53,584 nucleotides of DNA from a virus, in the UHGV virus genome UHGV-0183426; one strand, 5' to 3'. The position numbers were made by a program, and so were the translations under genes. This document shows, in pieces, positions 18,632-28,146 of the stretch. How positions within the stretch are numbered: position 1 is the stretch's first letter; each line of letters begins with the position of its first letter. The notes below the pieces were generated by a model. It searched no databases. It was not told the origin of the DNA and saw nothing but the letters and a program-made list of their open reading frames with translations.

Positions 18632-19291
18632 ATGAATAAACTAAAAGCAATTGGCGTGATTAGCCATCGCACTAACCCTGAATGTTACCCATCGTTTGAG
18701 GTAACAACATGCCGCACAGAATATAATTTTGGATCATACTATTTATTGGGTGTCCGCGCTGACACTGGCGGCACTTATTCGGTTATGGCTGCAAGCTGGA
18801 AATTTGATAAATACGCTAATTTATCGAATAAGGATGATGACGGCATGAATAAAGAAAGTGAAATCATTGATGAATTAATCGAAGATGAACGCCATGATTG
18901 CGAAACACAACAAGAAAAAACAGAATGGAAGCCAGGAGAAAAGCCGCCGTGCGGCGTGTGGCTTGATTGTTATTATCCTGATGGCTATTACATTGGGATT
19001 GTAATGTTTAAGTTTATCGGTGATAAATACGGGGTATACACAGAAAAAGGCAGTATACAGAAAGAAAATGCTATTGAATGGGGTTTTTATAATTATTATT
19101 TATACGTTGATCCGAAAGAAAAAGCACTGGCGCAAATTGCGTTTGCTCTGGCTACGAAGGTTATTGGTGAGGATGCGGCAGGAGAAATAAATTTCAATCG
19201 TGATAATGATTATTCGCGTGATTATCGCAATATGGCACAAGCTATTATTGACGGATGTATCGGACACGTTGAATACACGGGAGGTAAATAA
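18632..19291 (+). CDS. hypothetical protein
   Basis: ORF track 18617..19291; start set at the Met preceded by GAGGA. Confidence 0.45.
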   Translation: MNKLKAIGVISHRTNPECYPSFEVTTCRTEYNFGSYYLLGVRADTGGTYSVMAASWKFDKYANLSNKDDDGMNKESEIIDELIEDERHDCETQQEKTEWKPGEKPPCGVWLDCYYPDGYYIGIVMFKFIGDKYGVYTEKGSIQKENAIEWGFYNYYLYVDPKEKALAQIAFALATKVIGEDAAGEINFNRDNDYSRDYRNMAQAIIDGCIGHVEYTGGK

Positions 19292-19521
19292 TGGATAAAA
19301 CAGGGACAATCCTTCTTAGTCGCCCTGCCATCTGCCGGATGCTTGGTGGAATTAGCAGGGGAACATTTTATTTATGGCGTAAAAAATGGGAACGGAACGG
19401 AACTCCGTTCCCCGACCCGGTTGATGTACTTGGTAACGGTCGTGGCGTTATGTACCGCTATCAGGACGTAATGCAGTTCTTTGATCAGATTGGTTTAACG
19501 TCAGCCAAAGATAATACATAA
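19291..19521 (+). CDS. AlpA/excisionase-like small DNA-binding protein
   Basis: 76 aa; RPAICRMLGGISRGTFYLWRKK...FPDPV pattern typical of AlpA/Xis-type HTH proteins. Confidence 0.5.
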   Translation: MDKTGTILLSRPAICRMLGGISRGTFYLWRKKWERNGTPFPDPVDVLGNGRGVMYRYQDVMQFFDQIGLTSAKDNT

Positions 19522-20114
19522 TCAGCAAACTTATTTAGCGCCTCCTTTTGTTCGTCAAGATAATCGTATTTATCGTACACCGCCAGTATTCCCCTTAATG
19601 AATGGCCTAAGATCTTTTCCGCAATATGTACCGGAACACCTATAGCTGAAAGGTGTGTCCGGCACGTCCTGCGGAGGTCGTGACAGGACCATGATTTACC
19701 GCCCATCCTTTTACGCACGAAGATTGCGGCTACTTTTATCACCGATGCGTTTACTGGCCTGTTACCGCCGTTAATCACTGGCGGGAACACGTAATCATAC
19801 TCATGGGAGGATAACACCTCCCTGAGCATTTTTATCGACAAATCTGATAATCCCCGCCTGATTTCACTTCTTGTCTTCGCCACCGCTGCCGGGACGGTCC
19901 ACACCCCGTTATCCAGGTCGAGGTGCTCCCTTCTCATTTTCTGCAACTCCCCCACCCTGCACCCGGTGAGCAATAATAGCTTTAATGCTATCTTGTTCTG
20001 ACGGTAGATCTGCGAATCATCCACCGTTCGCCAGAAATGGCCTATTTCATCGCATGATAAATAACGCTCGCCAACCGCATAATTTTCGCCAACGTCAATA
20101 ACCCTGATATTGTT
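19485..20114 (-). pseudogene. int: tyrosine integrase remnant (catalytic domain only)
   Basis: contains LLLLTGCRVGEL (R), HDLRRTCRTHL (HxxR), LGHSLRGILAVYDKYDY (Y); frame is closed by a stop about 30 codons upstream of the GTG start and nothing upstream encodes the N-terminal domains. Confidence 0.65.
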
Positions 20115-20219
20115 TATCGCTGGAATGATTAGCGCAACGAATAATCATTTATAAAACAGCACATTACATTATTTTTGTTTTTGATTTTTGATATTTGGTC
20201 ACAATTTGGTACACAAAAA

Positions 20220-20243
20220 GAAACGAGGCGTTAGCCTCGTTTC
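20220..20243 (-). terminator. hairpin GAAACGAGGC-GTTA-GCCTCGTTTC, end of the late operon
   Basis: perfect 10-bp stem followed by T-run on the minus strand. Confidence 0.5.
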
Positions 20244-20286
20244 GCGGCGATGTCTTCAACATCACCATGCTGTTACTATCGCACCA

Positions 20287-20571
20287 TCAAGCCCACACGC
20301 GGACGCCTGGATCTGGAACGATGAATTTTTCCAGCGGCGACAAATCAACATCGTCACCAGTTATGCGCATGTTGACATAATAGCATTTTTTCTCAATCAG
20401 TACAGGCGTCTCGCTTTCTGGATCATCGAATACAAGAACAAAACCTATATCATCGACAAATACGGTAGACCAGTTGGCATCCAGCCATCCGCTATTAATC
20501 ACAATGTCGTTGTATTGCTGTTTATCAGTAAATTGCAAGCTAACATCTTTCATATTCACCACCTTAAACAA
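20287..20571 (-). CDS. hypothetical protein (possible tail fiber assembly/accessory protein)
   Basis: 94 aa, immediately downstream of and overlapping the tail fiber gene; function inferred from position only. Confidence 0.35.
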   Translation of the reverse strand: MFKVVNMKDVSLQFTDKQQYNDIVINSGWLDANWSTVFVDDIGFVLVFDDPESETPVLIEKKCYYVNMRITGDDVDLSPLEKFIVPDPGVRVWA

Positions 20572-22360
20572 TCTCGCTCATTTGCGCATCGGTTAATGCT
20601 TTGTGCCATACCCTGAAATTTCTAATATGTCCAAAAAGATGTCGCTCCCCTGCTGTTGTTTGACCGCCGAAACGGAATATTGCTGCGTTAGATATATATC
20701 TCCATGTTGTTTTTGCTTCGCTTGATATGCGTCCATTACTGACACAACATGTATCATAGGTGCTTTTAACCCTCATACCGATAATCATTTTTTGTAGTGA
20801 TGCGTTTTCGTTAACGCGCCTGTTTGACTCACCAATATCGCAATAAGGAAATCCGTCGTATTCTTTCGACGACCCAAAAGCAAGGATCATAGCCGCGCCA
20901 CTCTGATGACCTCCTGTGTCAAAAACACGCGTTGCTGCATTTGGCGTTTTATACCAATTTTTATGCGCCTCGCAAAGAATAGTAAATGGTGCACCATAAA
21001 GGTTATTTTTCATCGTGACCGATACCATGTCACTTGCGCGCGTTGTTGCTGTTTCCGCAGTGATAATAAACGAAGAAGCACACGCGCCACCTTCTACTTG
21101 AGGGGTTGAAACATATATATAATCGTCAACACCAGTGCTTCCACCCACAGGTGGAGCATATTGCACCATTGCACCGATCATATTTTCTGTATCAAGTGCC
21201 TTAATTGTTGCTTCAAAGAAGATCCATTCACTTGCTTCATCTTTAACAGCTTTTGCAGTAATACGATCTGATGCAACGCCTGTCTTACTAATAGATAAAT
21301 CTGTCAAATTCACGTATGCGTCACCAAGAAAAGTGTAGCCAGATTCACCATATTCCTCAAATCTCAAGCAGCATCTTATGTTTGGAGTGCCACTTTGTAC
21401 CCTGCATGATGCTGTTACATACTTTTCACCGCCTGTTACATCAAAACCTTTATTGCCACTAACGGTTACTATGTTAATCGCTGAAGTTTGCCCTACCATT
21501 GTTTCTTTTAATGTGAATTTTCCGTAAGTGAAGCCAAAATTATCCACTCCTGATGTATTTAAAATCATATTTGATGATTTGTTCCACTTTGAAGGGTCTA
21601 TACTGTTTATTAACAGGTTTGTACGCGTCCCCTCAATCAGCAATCCTTCGCGTTCAAAACGTGGCTCATTAATACCAGCCACAGTTAAAACACCTGATTT
21701 ATTAATGTAAGTAGCCGTGCTTGCGCGTGAGAAAGAAACAACCTTATCTGATGGTATTGTTTTTTCTTCCTCATCAATGGTTACTTTTTTAGTGCCAGGG
21801 CCGTATCCAGTGATCATATCAAGTGAATCATTAAACGGTATCCATACGTCCGGCAGTGGCTGCAAAACATATGCGTAAGGCTGCGCAGTCTGATTGGCGT
21901 ATTCGTGTGCCTCATCTCTGTATTTCTTTGCTGAATCAGCTGCGGTTGTCGCTGTTTTTGCTGCGTTAGTTGCAGTGGTAGCTGATTGTGACGCTAATTT
22001 TGAGGCTGAAATCACATCTTTGTTGTCGCTGAAAAATTCGACGGCGTCAGCTATTTCTGATTCCTTGCCCTGATAGTAACGCAGTGTTTCGGCAACATCC
22101 TGAGCAAGACCATCCACAGAGATCGAATCTGAAAGCAGGATGCTAAATTTAGTTCCAGCCGGAATAGCCGGACTTGCCGCCGGAGTTACCGACAAACTTG
22201 TTGCGCTTTTTACCTCTGTGATTGAAAAAATCTGCACAGGATCGCTAATAGCAATAAGAGTGCAACCCACTCTGATCAGAGATAATGCGGCGTTGAATTC
22301 AGTCCCCGTTCCGGTAACTGTTTTTCCGCTAACGGCTATCGTGCCTGTTGTGTAAATCAT
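20564..22360 (-). CDS. side tail fiber protein with lectin-like C-terminal domain
   Basis: 598 aa; Ala/Thr-rich shaft, C-terminus ends with a LamG/concanavalin-like signature (RNFRVWHKALTDAQMSEI). Confidence 0.65.
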   Translation of the reverse strand: MIYTTGTIAVSGKTVTGTGTEFNAALSLIRVGCTLIAISDPVQIFSITEVKSATSLSVTPAASPAIPAGTKFSILLSDSISVDGLAQDVAETLRYYQGKESEIADAVEFFSDNKDVISASKLASQSATTATNAAKTATTAADSAKKYRDEAHEYANQTAQPYAYVLQPLPDVWIPFNDSLDMITGYGPGTKKVTIDEEEKTIPSDKVVSFSRASTATYINKSGVLTVAGINEPRFEREGLLIEGTRTNLLINSIDPSKWNKSSNMILNTSGVDNFGFTYGKFTLKETMVGQTSAINIVTVSGNKGFDVTGGEKYVTASCRVQSGTPNIRCCLRFEEYGESGYTFLGDAYVNLTDLSISKTGVASDRITAKAVKDEASEWIFFEATIKALDTENMIGAMVQYAPPVGGSTGVDDYIYVSTPQVEGGACASSFIITAETATTRASDMVSVTMKNNLYGAPFTILCEAHKNWYKTPNAATRVFDTGGHQSGAAMILAFGSSKEYDGFPYCDIGESNRRVNENASLQKMIIGMRVKSTYDTCCVSNGRISSEAKTTWRYISNAAIFRFGGQTTAGERHLFGHIRNFRVWHKALTDAQMSEIV

Positions 22361-22449
22361 CGCAATGACTCCATTATGTTAATTAACCATACTATTTTAA
22401 CGTCTTGTCATTGCGCGGACGAACTTGTGTTTACGATATGTATTAAAAA

Positions 22450-22465
22450 CCCCGCCGTAGCGGGG
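22450..22465 (-). terminator. hairpin CCCCGCCGTAGCGGGG between J and the tail fiber gene
   Basis: GC stem plus T-run on the minus strand; near-identical to the hairpin at 29832-29847. Confidence 0.45.
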
Positions 22466-22471
22466 TTGGTG

Positions 22472-25400
22472 TTAGTCGTGTGATTCTTCCCATTTCGACC
22501 ATGTGCCGTTACTGCGACCGATAAACATAGTCGGGCAACTTAACGTAATCCCGGTGATGTTACCTGTTGACCACGGAGTGTGGATCTCGATAATAACATC
22601 GACCGTCTGATTTGTTACACCATCCCTACCGAAACAGAACATGCCGTTTGAGTTTTCGTTACCGTATTTCTTACCGACCAATACCTGAGTACCTGCTATC
22701 CAGGTATTGATCTGTGAGTTGCCGGTAGCCCCTGATAACCTTGCCTGGAACATAACGTTTTTATAAGTCCCATCGGATGTTGAGTCCACATAGCGATAAC
22801 AGAAACGCGCTACACGCTGGTTTGAGTTATAGACAGTGCTGGAATCAGGGAAAGTGTGAATAGCCACAATATCACCGACAAATTTGTTAGCCTGTACAGT
22901 CCCTTTAAACGTCCCGCTTGTGGCCTGAATCTCACCAGTAAATTTACCGTTTGTGGCGTATACCGTACCCCGAACAGTGACGTTATTGAACTCCGCGTTA
23001 CCGTTTTTGTTTAGCATCCAGCCAGCCGAACCAGATGCATAGTTGGTTGACTGGATTTGCTGCGCGATCTTCGCGGTAGTGATGGATGCGTCTTTGATCC
23101 ACGCTTCACGAATGTAGCAAGCGCCGTTAGTAACATAGAACGGGGTCTGATATGAACCGTTTGCCGCAGTCATTAACACGAAGCGGTCAACGAGGAAAAT
23201 ACACTGCGATTGCACGTTAGTTCCGCTACCAGTAAGGCCAAGTGACATACCAGTAGCGTATTTTACGCCCCGGCTGTCTGTCGCGATCTTAATAGAGTAT
23301 GATGCATCGACATCCCCCTTAAAGTCCGTTAACGCTTTCGATGTTGTCTCTATGGCTGTTGTGTTTCCGTCAATAGTTACTTTCAACTGGTCGATTCTGG
23401 TTGATAATGCCTCGTCTGCCGTTGCCATAGACTGTGACCATTCCGTGATGCTTGAGTTTACATCATCGAAAGACGCCGAGATCTGGACAAATTTTTCAGC
23501 GCTTGATGCCTCGTGAGTTGCGAGTGCCGTTGAAACATCCGTTATTTTTGCTGAAATGTTTTCATTAATATTTGCCTCAAGCGATGCTATAGCCTCCGCG
23601 CGGGCCTGGGTTTCGTCTGCTATTGCTGTGTCGATCCTTGCTATTTCCGCTTTTGTTTTTGTCTGGCCTTTCCTGTACTTCGCCTCAATAACGGTGCTCA
23701 TCTTGCTTTGCGCTATTGAGTTGTTGATAAGTGCAATCGAGGCGTTTTGCAGACTTGCTTTCGCCTGATCTATTTCGTCGCTGTTTTTATCAACCTCATT
23801 TTCAACAAGACCAAGCTCCGCACTAATTCCTGATATTGCCTGAGCGCGGGCGCTTGACTCATCAGCGATAGCTTGATCGAGACGAGAAACGCTAGCATCA
23901 GTTTTATTTTCCAGGCTGCTGATACTGGCGTTAACGTTGCTTATAGCCTCCGTTCTCGCCTGCGTTTCGGTTGCTATTGCTTTGTCTACGCGTGCTATTT
24001 CTCCTTTGATGTTTGAGTCCATCGTGCTTATTTCGGCTGTGATGGTTTCCAGTGATTCCGCTGTCGCTTTTTTCTCCTCTGCGATAACGTTGTCAATGCG
24101 GTCAATCTGCGCTTTTGTTTCGTTGCGACCTTTCTTATATTGAGCGGTAAGAGTAACCCGCGTGTTAGTTTGAGCAAGCGAGTTATTGATTAGAGCAAGC
24201 GAGGCGTTTTGTAAACTTGCTTTTGTCTGTGCCAGTTCATTGTTAACGTTTTCGTTTGATACCTCTAATGAGTCTATTCTTACCTCATGTTTGCCTATTT
24301 CATCGGCGTTTTCTTCGACTTTTTTATAAAGGTCTTCGGTGTCTTTTTTAAGTGTATCTGTGTCAGCTTTAAGATCCCTTGTAGCTATTTTAAGGTCTTC
24401 GGTAGCTCCTTCTACAATATCAGTGCGATCACCAAGATCTTTAATGTCGCTAATCATCTCCTTGAATTGCTCTGATTTCATTACATCCTTTGTAACGTAA
24501 TCAGTGATTTCGTCAAAATCCTCTGTTGGCTTACCTGATACCTCGACGAAATCAGACACACCAAAAGCATTACGAGTGCGCACATAAACGTAATAAGTAT
24601 GGCCCGTATTCATGCCGCCGAACGTCCACTGATACCCGCGCCCGGTAAACTGTGCCGACGTGGTTATTTTTGCCGGATCTGTGATCTGGTTTTCCCCTGC
24701 ATAGTAGAATTCGTATGACGTATCGGTAGTAAGTGTGGTTTTGCTAATAGGGTAAACTGTCGCCTGGAATACACCGGGAACCCAATTAACGCCGATCGGT
24801 GCTGCTGGCGCACCGATAACAAGGTCAACGATACTTTCGGCACCCTTCATGCCAGTATCATTTCTTCCTCGAACTCCTAACGAGTACGATCCGGCATCAA
24901 TACCGTAAAAATCATAACTATATTTATTGGTTTCGTAGCTTTTTACCACCGCACCATCCGTGTTATATATGCGGATCTCAAATGTCATGCGATGCGTAGT
25001 TGTCTGCGTTTCCCATGTTGCGCGGCATTGAACCGTTTCAGATCCGATGTTTACCACTTTCAGATTTTCAATATTCGGTACACGGAAGTGATTAAGCGTG
25101 TCGTTGTTGATTTCAAATACCGCGCCTTCATCGACTACTGCTTGTTTGTTAGGGTCATGTTGCGCGGCTTCGATGGTATACACGCTATTATTTTCGGTTT
25201 CGGCTACACTGGTGATTCTGCATAAAACGGGTTTTGCTGCTTCGGTTGATACAGCAAAAACAGTACCGTTTCTAATCCATGCAGGGGCCGCAGCCAGTGT
25301 GATTTTGTTCCCGTTGATACCAGTGATCTGATGTTTTTTAAATTTGCCATCGCTATCAAGCAGGCTGATAGTGTCGCCTGCCGTGATGTACTCGCTGTCA

Positions 25401-26926
25401 ACCTTATCAACTGTTATCACGTTCCCATTATTCGCCACGATACGACCGCCTAAACGCGCACCTGCGCGGTTATTGTCGAGGATCTCGATAATATCCCCTG
25501 GCGTAAAGTGAATCGCGTCACGGGCCATTTTAAATGTGAATTTTGACGGCTCGCGTTTTGCTGTTTCTATCAGCCACTTCCCAGCGCGGTGGGCTTGCCC
25601 GCGTGACGTGCACCCGAACGCCTCCAACGTGGTTTCGTTATAACCATCGCGGGCGATTAGTTCATCATCTGCTACGTATTCTTTTGATTGCTCCCAGCCG
25701 TTTTCCGGGTCAGTCCATGATACGATCACGGCATTGTAACACTCTGCAAGCGGAAGACTTGAACGAGTAAACGCGCCATCAACGACGTTTGCATTTGTAA
25801 TGGTGGCAATTGGATCTTGCGGTGCATCAATCATCACCGTAAGGCGCTGCCCGTCCCATAACGCGATACCACGGAACATACCTGCAATGTTATCCAGCAA
25901 GTCGCGTGCGCTCATTTGCTCCGTAATGTAGGCGTTGAGCGTCATGCGAGGTTCAAGGCCACCATAGCCATCATCAACCAACTGATCGCAGTATTGAGAA
26001 AGCACATACAAAGCGCCATCATCAACATCAATGTAACCAGCATGTTTAGCAAGCCCGAAGCGCTCGTTTTTAACCAGATACCGGAAAATCCACGCAGGGT
26101 TGTTGGTGTACGCTTTTTTGAATCCACCAAGCCATAATCCCGAATATGTGCGCGTTTCTGTGTTGTAGTTATCAGGCACGTCAACAATCAAGCCGCGAAG
26201 ATGATAGGTGCGGGTAGGCGTATCAGTGTACTGGTCATGGTCAATCACCGCGCCAGCTACAGCGGTATGAGGATAAGACAGATTGTCGTCTATGATTTCG
26301 CTGTAGCTACTCCACCGCGTATCATTCTGCAATAGATCGCTGTTGCTGTCTGCTGTTATGCGGCGCACGCGAATATCAAACGGTTTTTCATTAGGCGCAT
26401 CTATGATATGAGATTCAAGATACTCACCACTCTGTTTGCCTGGACCGATGGTAATGATTTTAATTTGCGACCACGTAGAAGATAATGATGGTTTAACATC
26501 AACCATCAACATAACGGATGTGTTATATTGGTTACCCTTATTATCTGACTGAACCAGAGAATCAACGCCAAGATTCAGCCTTACGCGGTTAACGTTTGGA
26601 TCTGAAACAGTCCTGATTATTGGCGTGTCGTGAGTTACCTTTGCGTTGACAATAACGGTTGACTCAATGGCATTAAAACCATTAATCGGCGATTGGTCAG
26701 CCGTGCCGTTGCGCCAGGCTATACTAACCCCCGGTATTGATGTATTCCCGTTTGCGTCAGTAACAGGCGTGTCATTAAGCATCACATCATTCAGTGGCGC
26801 TTTCTGGTTTACCGGACCGTATATCGGCCCTTCGCTGAGAATATCTAAAACACGATAAAACTGTTTATGATACAGGTTATCGTTTAATAATACTGGTGTT
26901 TTGGTTTTGCCGCCGCCGCTACTCAT
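22472..26926 (-). CDS. J: tail tip / host specificity protein J-like (central tail fiber)
   Basis: 1484 aa; follows I; N-terminal two-thirds typical of lambda J; extended coiled-coil region with internal repeats, then a distal domain. Confidence 0.9.
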   Translation of the reverse strand: MSSGGGKTKTPVLLNDNLYHKQFYRVLDILSEGPIYGPVNQKAPLNDVMLNDTPVTDANGNTSIPGVSIAWRNGTADQSPINGFNAIESTVIVNAKVTHDTPIIRTVSDPNVNRVRLNLGVDSLVQSDNKGNQYNTSVMLMVDVKPSLSSTWSQIKIITIGPGKQSGEYLESHIIDAPNEKPFDIRVRRITADSNSDLLQNDTRWSSYSEIIDDNLSYPHTAVAGAVIDHDQYTDTPTRTYHLRGLIVDVPDNYNTETRTYSGLWLGGFKKAYTNNPAWIFRYLVKNERFGLAKHAGYIDVDDGALYVLSQYCDQLVDDGYGGLEPRMTLNAYITEQMSARDLLDNIAGMFRGIALWDGQRLTVMIDAPQDPIATITNANVVDGAFTRSSLPLAECYNAVIVSWTDPENGWEQSKEYVADDELIARDGYNETTLEAFGCTSRGQAHRAGKWLIETAKREPSKFTFKMARDAIHFTPGDIIEILDNNRAGARLGGRIVANNGNVITVDKVDSEYITAGDTISLLDSDGKFKKHQITGINGNKITLAAAPAWIRNGTVFAVSTEAAKPVLCRITSVAETENNSVYTIEAAQHDPNKQAVVDEGAVFEINNDTLNHFRVPNIENLKVVNIGSETVQCRATWETQTTTHRMTFEIRIYNTDGAVVKSYETNKYSYDFYGIDAGSYSLGVRGRNDTGMKGAESIVDLVIGAPAAPIGVNWVPGVFQATVYPISKTTLTTDTSYEFYYAGENQITDPAKITTSAQFTGRGYQWTFGGMNTGHTYYVYVRTRNAFGVSDFVEVSGKPTEDFDEITDYVTKDVMKSEQFKEMISDIKDLGDRTDIVEGATEDLKIATRDLKADTDTLKKDTEDLYKKVEENADEIGKHEVRIDSLEVSNENVNNELAQTKASLQNASLALINNSLAQTNTRVTLTAQYKKGRNETKAQIDRIDNVIAEEKKATAESLETITAEISTMDSNIKGEIARVDKAIATETQARTEAISNVNASISSLENKTDASVSRLDQAIADESSARAQAISGISAELGLVENEVDKNSDEIDQAKASLQNASIALINNSIAQSKMSTVIEAKYRKGQTKTKAEIARIDTAIADETQARAEAIASLEANINENISAKITDVSTALATHEASSAEKFVQISASFDDVNSSITEWSQSMATADEALSTRIDQLKVTIDGNTTAIETTSKALTDFKGDVDASYSIKIATDSRGVKYATGMSLGLTGSGTNVQSQCIFLVDRFVLMTAANGSYQTPFYVTNGACYIREAWIKDASITTAKIAQQIQSTNYASGSAGWMLNKNGNAEFNNVTVRGTVYATNGKFTGEIQATSGTFKGTVQANKFVGDIVAIHTFPDSSTVYNSNQRVARFCYRYVDSTSDGTYKNVMFQARLSGATGNSQINTWIAGTQVLVGKKYGNENSNGMFCFGRDGVTNQTVDVIIEIHTPWSTGNITGITLSCPTMFIGRSNGTWSKWEESHD

Positions 26927-26939
26927 GGCTTTTCTCCTG

Positions 26940-27470
26940 TTAACTTACAACGTCTAGGGCGTCTCTGTTGTTACTTGTATCTATGCCTAACGATCCGACG
27001 TTTGAACCTATTTTCATTTCACCCAACAGGATCGGCACTGGTCTACCCTGGCCAACCTTGTTTTCAACGCTGGTGTATGTGTTGTTAGATATGGTGTTAT
27101 CTTGTGCGCTTTCTGCTGATGTTTTTATCTTCATGTTGCGAGACATGAAGATCGAGAACACAACGCTAACAACCGAAACACCGATCAAAATCCAGCCTAC
27201 AACGCCAATCCCTGCAATACCGCCTTCCACCACTGGCGCAACAATGACGGTAGTCCCTTCCGGGTATTTACTGTTAACCGCTGCGGGAGCGGTCTTTTCG
27301 TCATAATCTTTTCCGGCAATTCGCAAGCGCAATGGGGTGCTTAAAAACGCCTTTTTGAACTCATGATTCTGCGCAACCAATAAGCTAAGACCTTGCGCTG
27401 GCGTATCAACGTTCAAACACACTTTGCCGTAATATCTTCGAAGATTGCCCGTAAATCTAAATTTGAGCAT
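26940..27470 (-). CDS. I: tail assembly protein I-like
   Basis: 176 aa; position between K and J; central hydrophobic Gly-rich segment. Confidence 0.75.
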   Translation of the reverse strand: MLKFRFTGNLRRYYGKVCLNVDTPAQGLSLLVAQNHEFKKAFLSTPLRLRIAGKDYDEKTAPAAVNSKYPEGTTVIVAPVVEGGIAGIGVVGWILIGVSVVSVVFSIFMSRNMKIKTSAESAQDNTISNNTYTSVENKVGQGRPVPILLGEMKIGSNVGSLGIDTSNNRDALDVVS

Positions 27471-28144
27471 TTATCCGATCTCCATATTGAATGCGTTTGT
27501 CGAACATAAGCAGGCCGCATTTGCTCGCGGCGGCTTAATAATCCGGCATGGTCATGATGCAAAACCGTGTTATCACCCAGGTAAATCATTGCGTGACACG
27601 GGTCAGCGCCTTTGAATGGCTGGCGAATGATCACATCACCAGGCTGTATGCTTTGCGCATCAACCTGATAAAACCCGTTCAATGGCAGGTTTTTCAAATA
27701 CAGGTTTTCACCGCGCAGCCACCAGCCATCAAGGCGCTCGAAGTCCGGCAGGTCTACACCACAAAGGTGATAAGCGTCGCGAAAAAGCGCGTAGCAGTCT
27801 GTCGTTCCGTGTACGAATTTACGTCCTAACAGGTGCGCCACCGGACGGAATTTCCTGATCCTGCCGCCTGAATACAAAAGCCACGGTAGCCCGGAAATAA
27901 CCTGCTGTTGTCGATCCCGCGCTGACAATACCGGAATGTCATCAACGTGGGAGTGGAAAACGGCGGTTATAACGCCTAATTCGTCAGCTTTGATATAATC
28001 GTCAGGCGAGATTTTGAAGCTGTTGTAGGGCGTTTCAGACACGTTAGCGCACGGGTAAAAATATTCGTTATCTATTACCAGTCCGCAAACTTCTTCAAAC
28101 GGATGCGCGGCGGCATAACGCAACATTTTGTCTTCCATTACCAT
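27413..28144 (-). CDS. K: tail assembly protein K-like (JAB/MPN plus NlpC/P60 domains)
   Basis: ORF track 27413..28240; start moved to the Met just after the L stop; cysteine-peptidase-like core. Confidence 0.75.
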   Translation of the reverse strand: MVMEDKMLRYAAAHPFEEVCGLVIDNEYFYPCANVSETPYNSFKISPDDYIKADELGVITAVFHSHVDDIPVLSARDRQQQVISGLPWLLYSGGRIRKFRPVAHLLGRKFVHGTTDCYALFRDAYHLCGVDLPDFERLDGWWLRGENLYLKNLPLNGFYQVDAQSIQPGDVIIRQPFKGADPCHAMIYLGDNTVLHHDHAGLLSRREQMRPAYVRQTHSIWRSDKCSNLDLRAIFEDITAKCV

Positions 28145-28146
28145 GA

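Noticed and set aside
23300-24300. Possible CRISPR-like or non-coding repeat array
   Set aside because: The repeats are diverged (about 65% identical), lie in frame within the J-like gene and encode coiled-coil modules; no short identical repeats with unique spacers were seen anywhere in the window.
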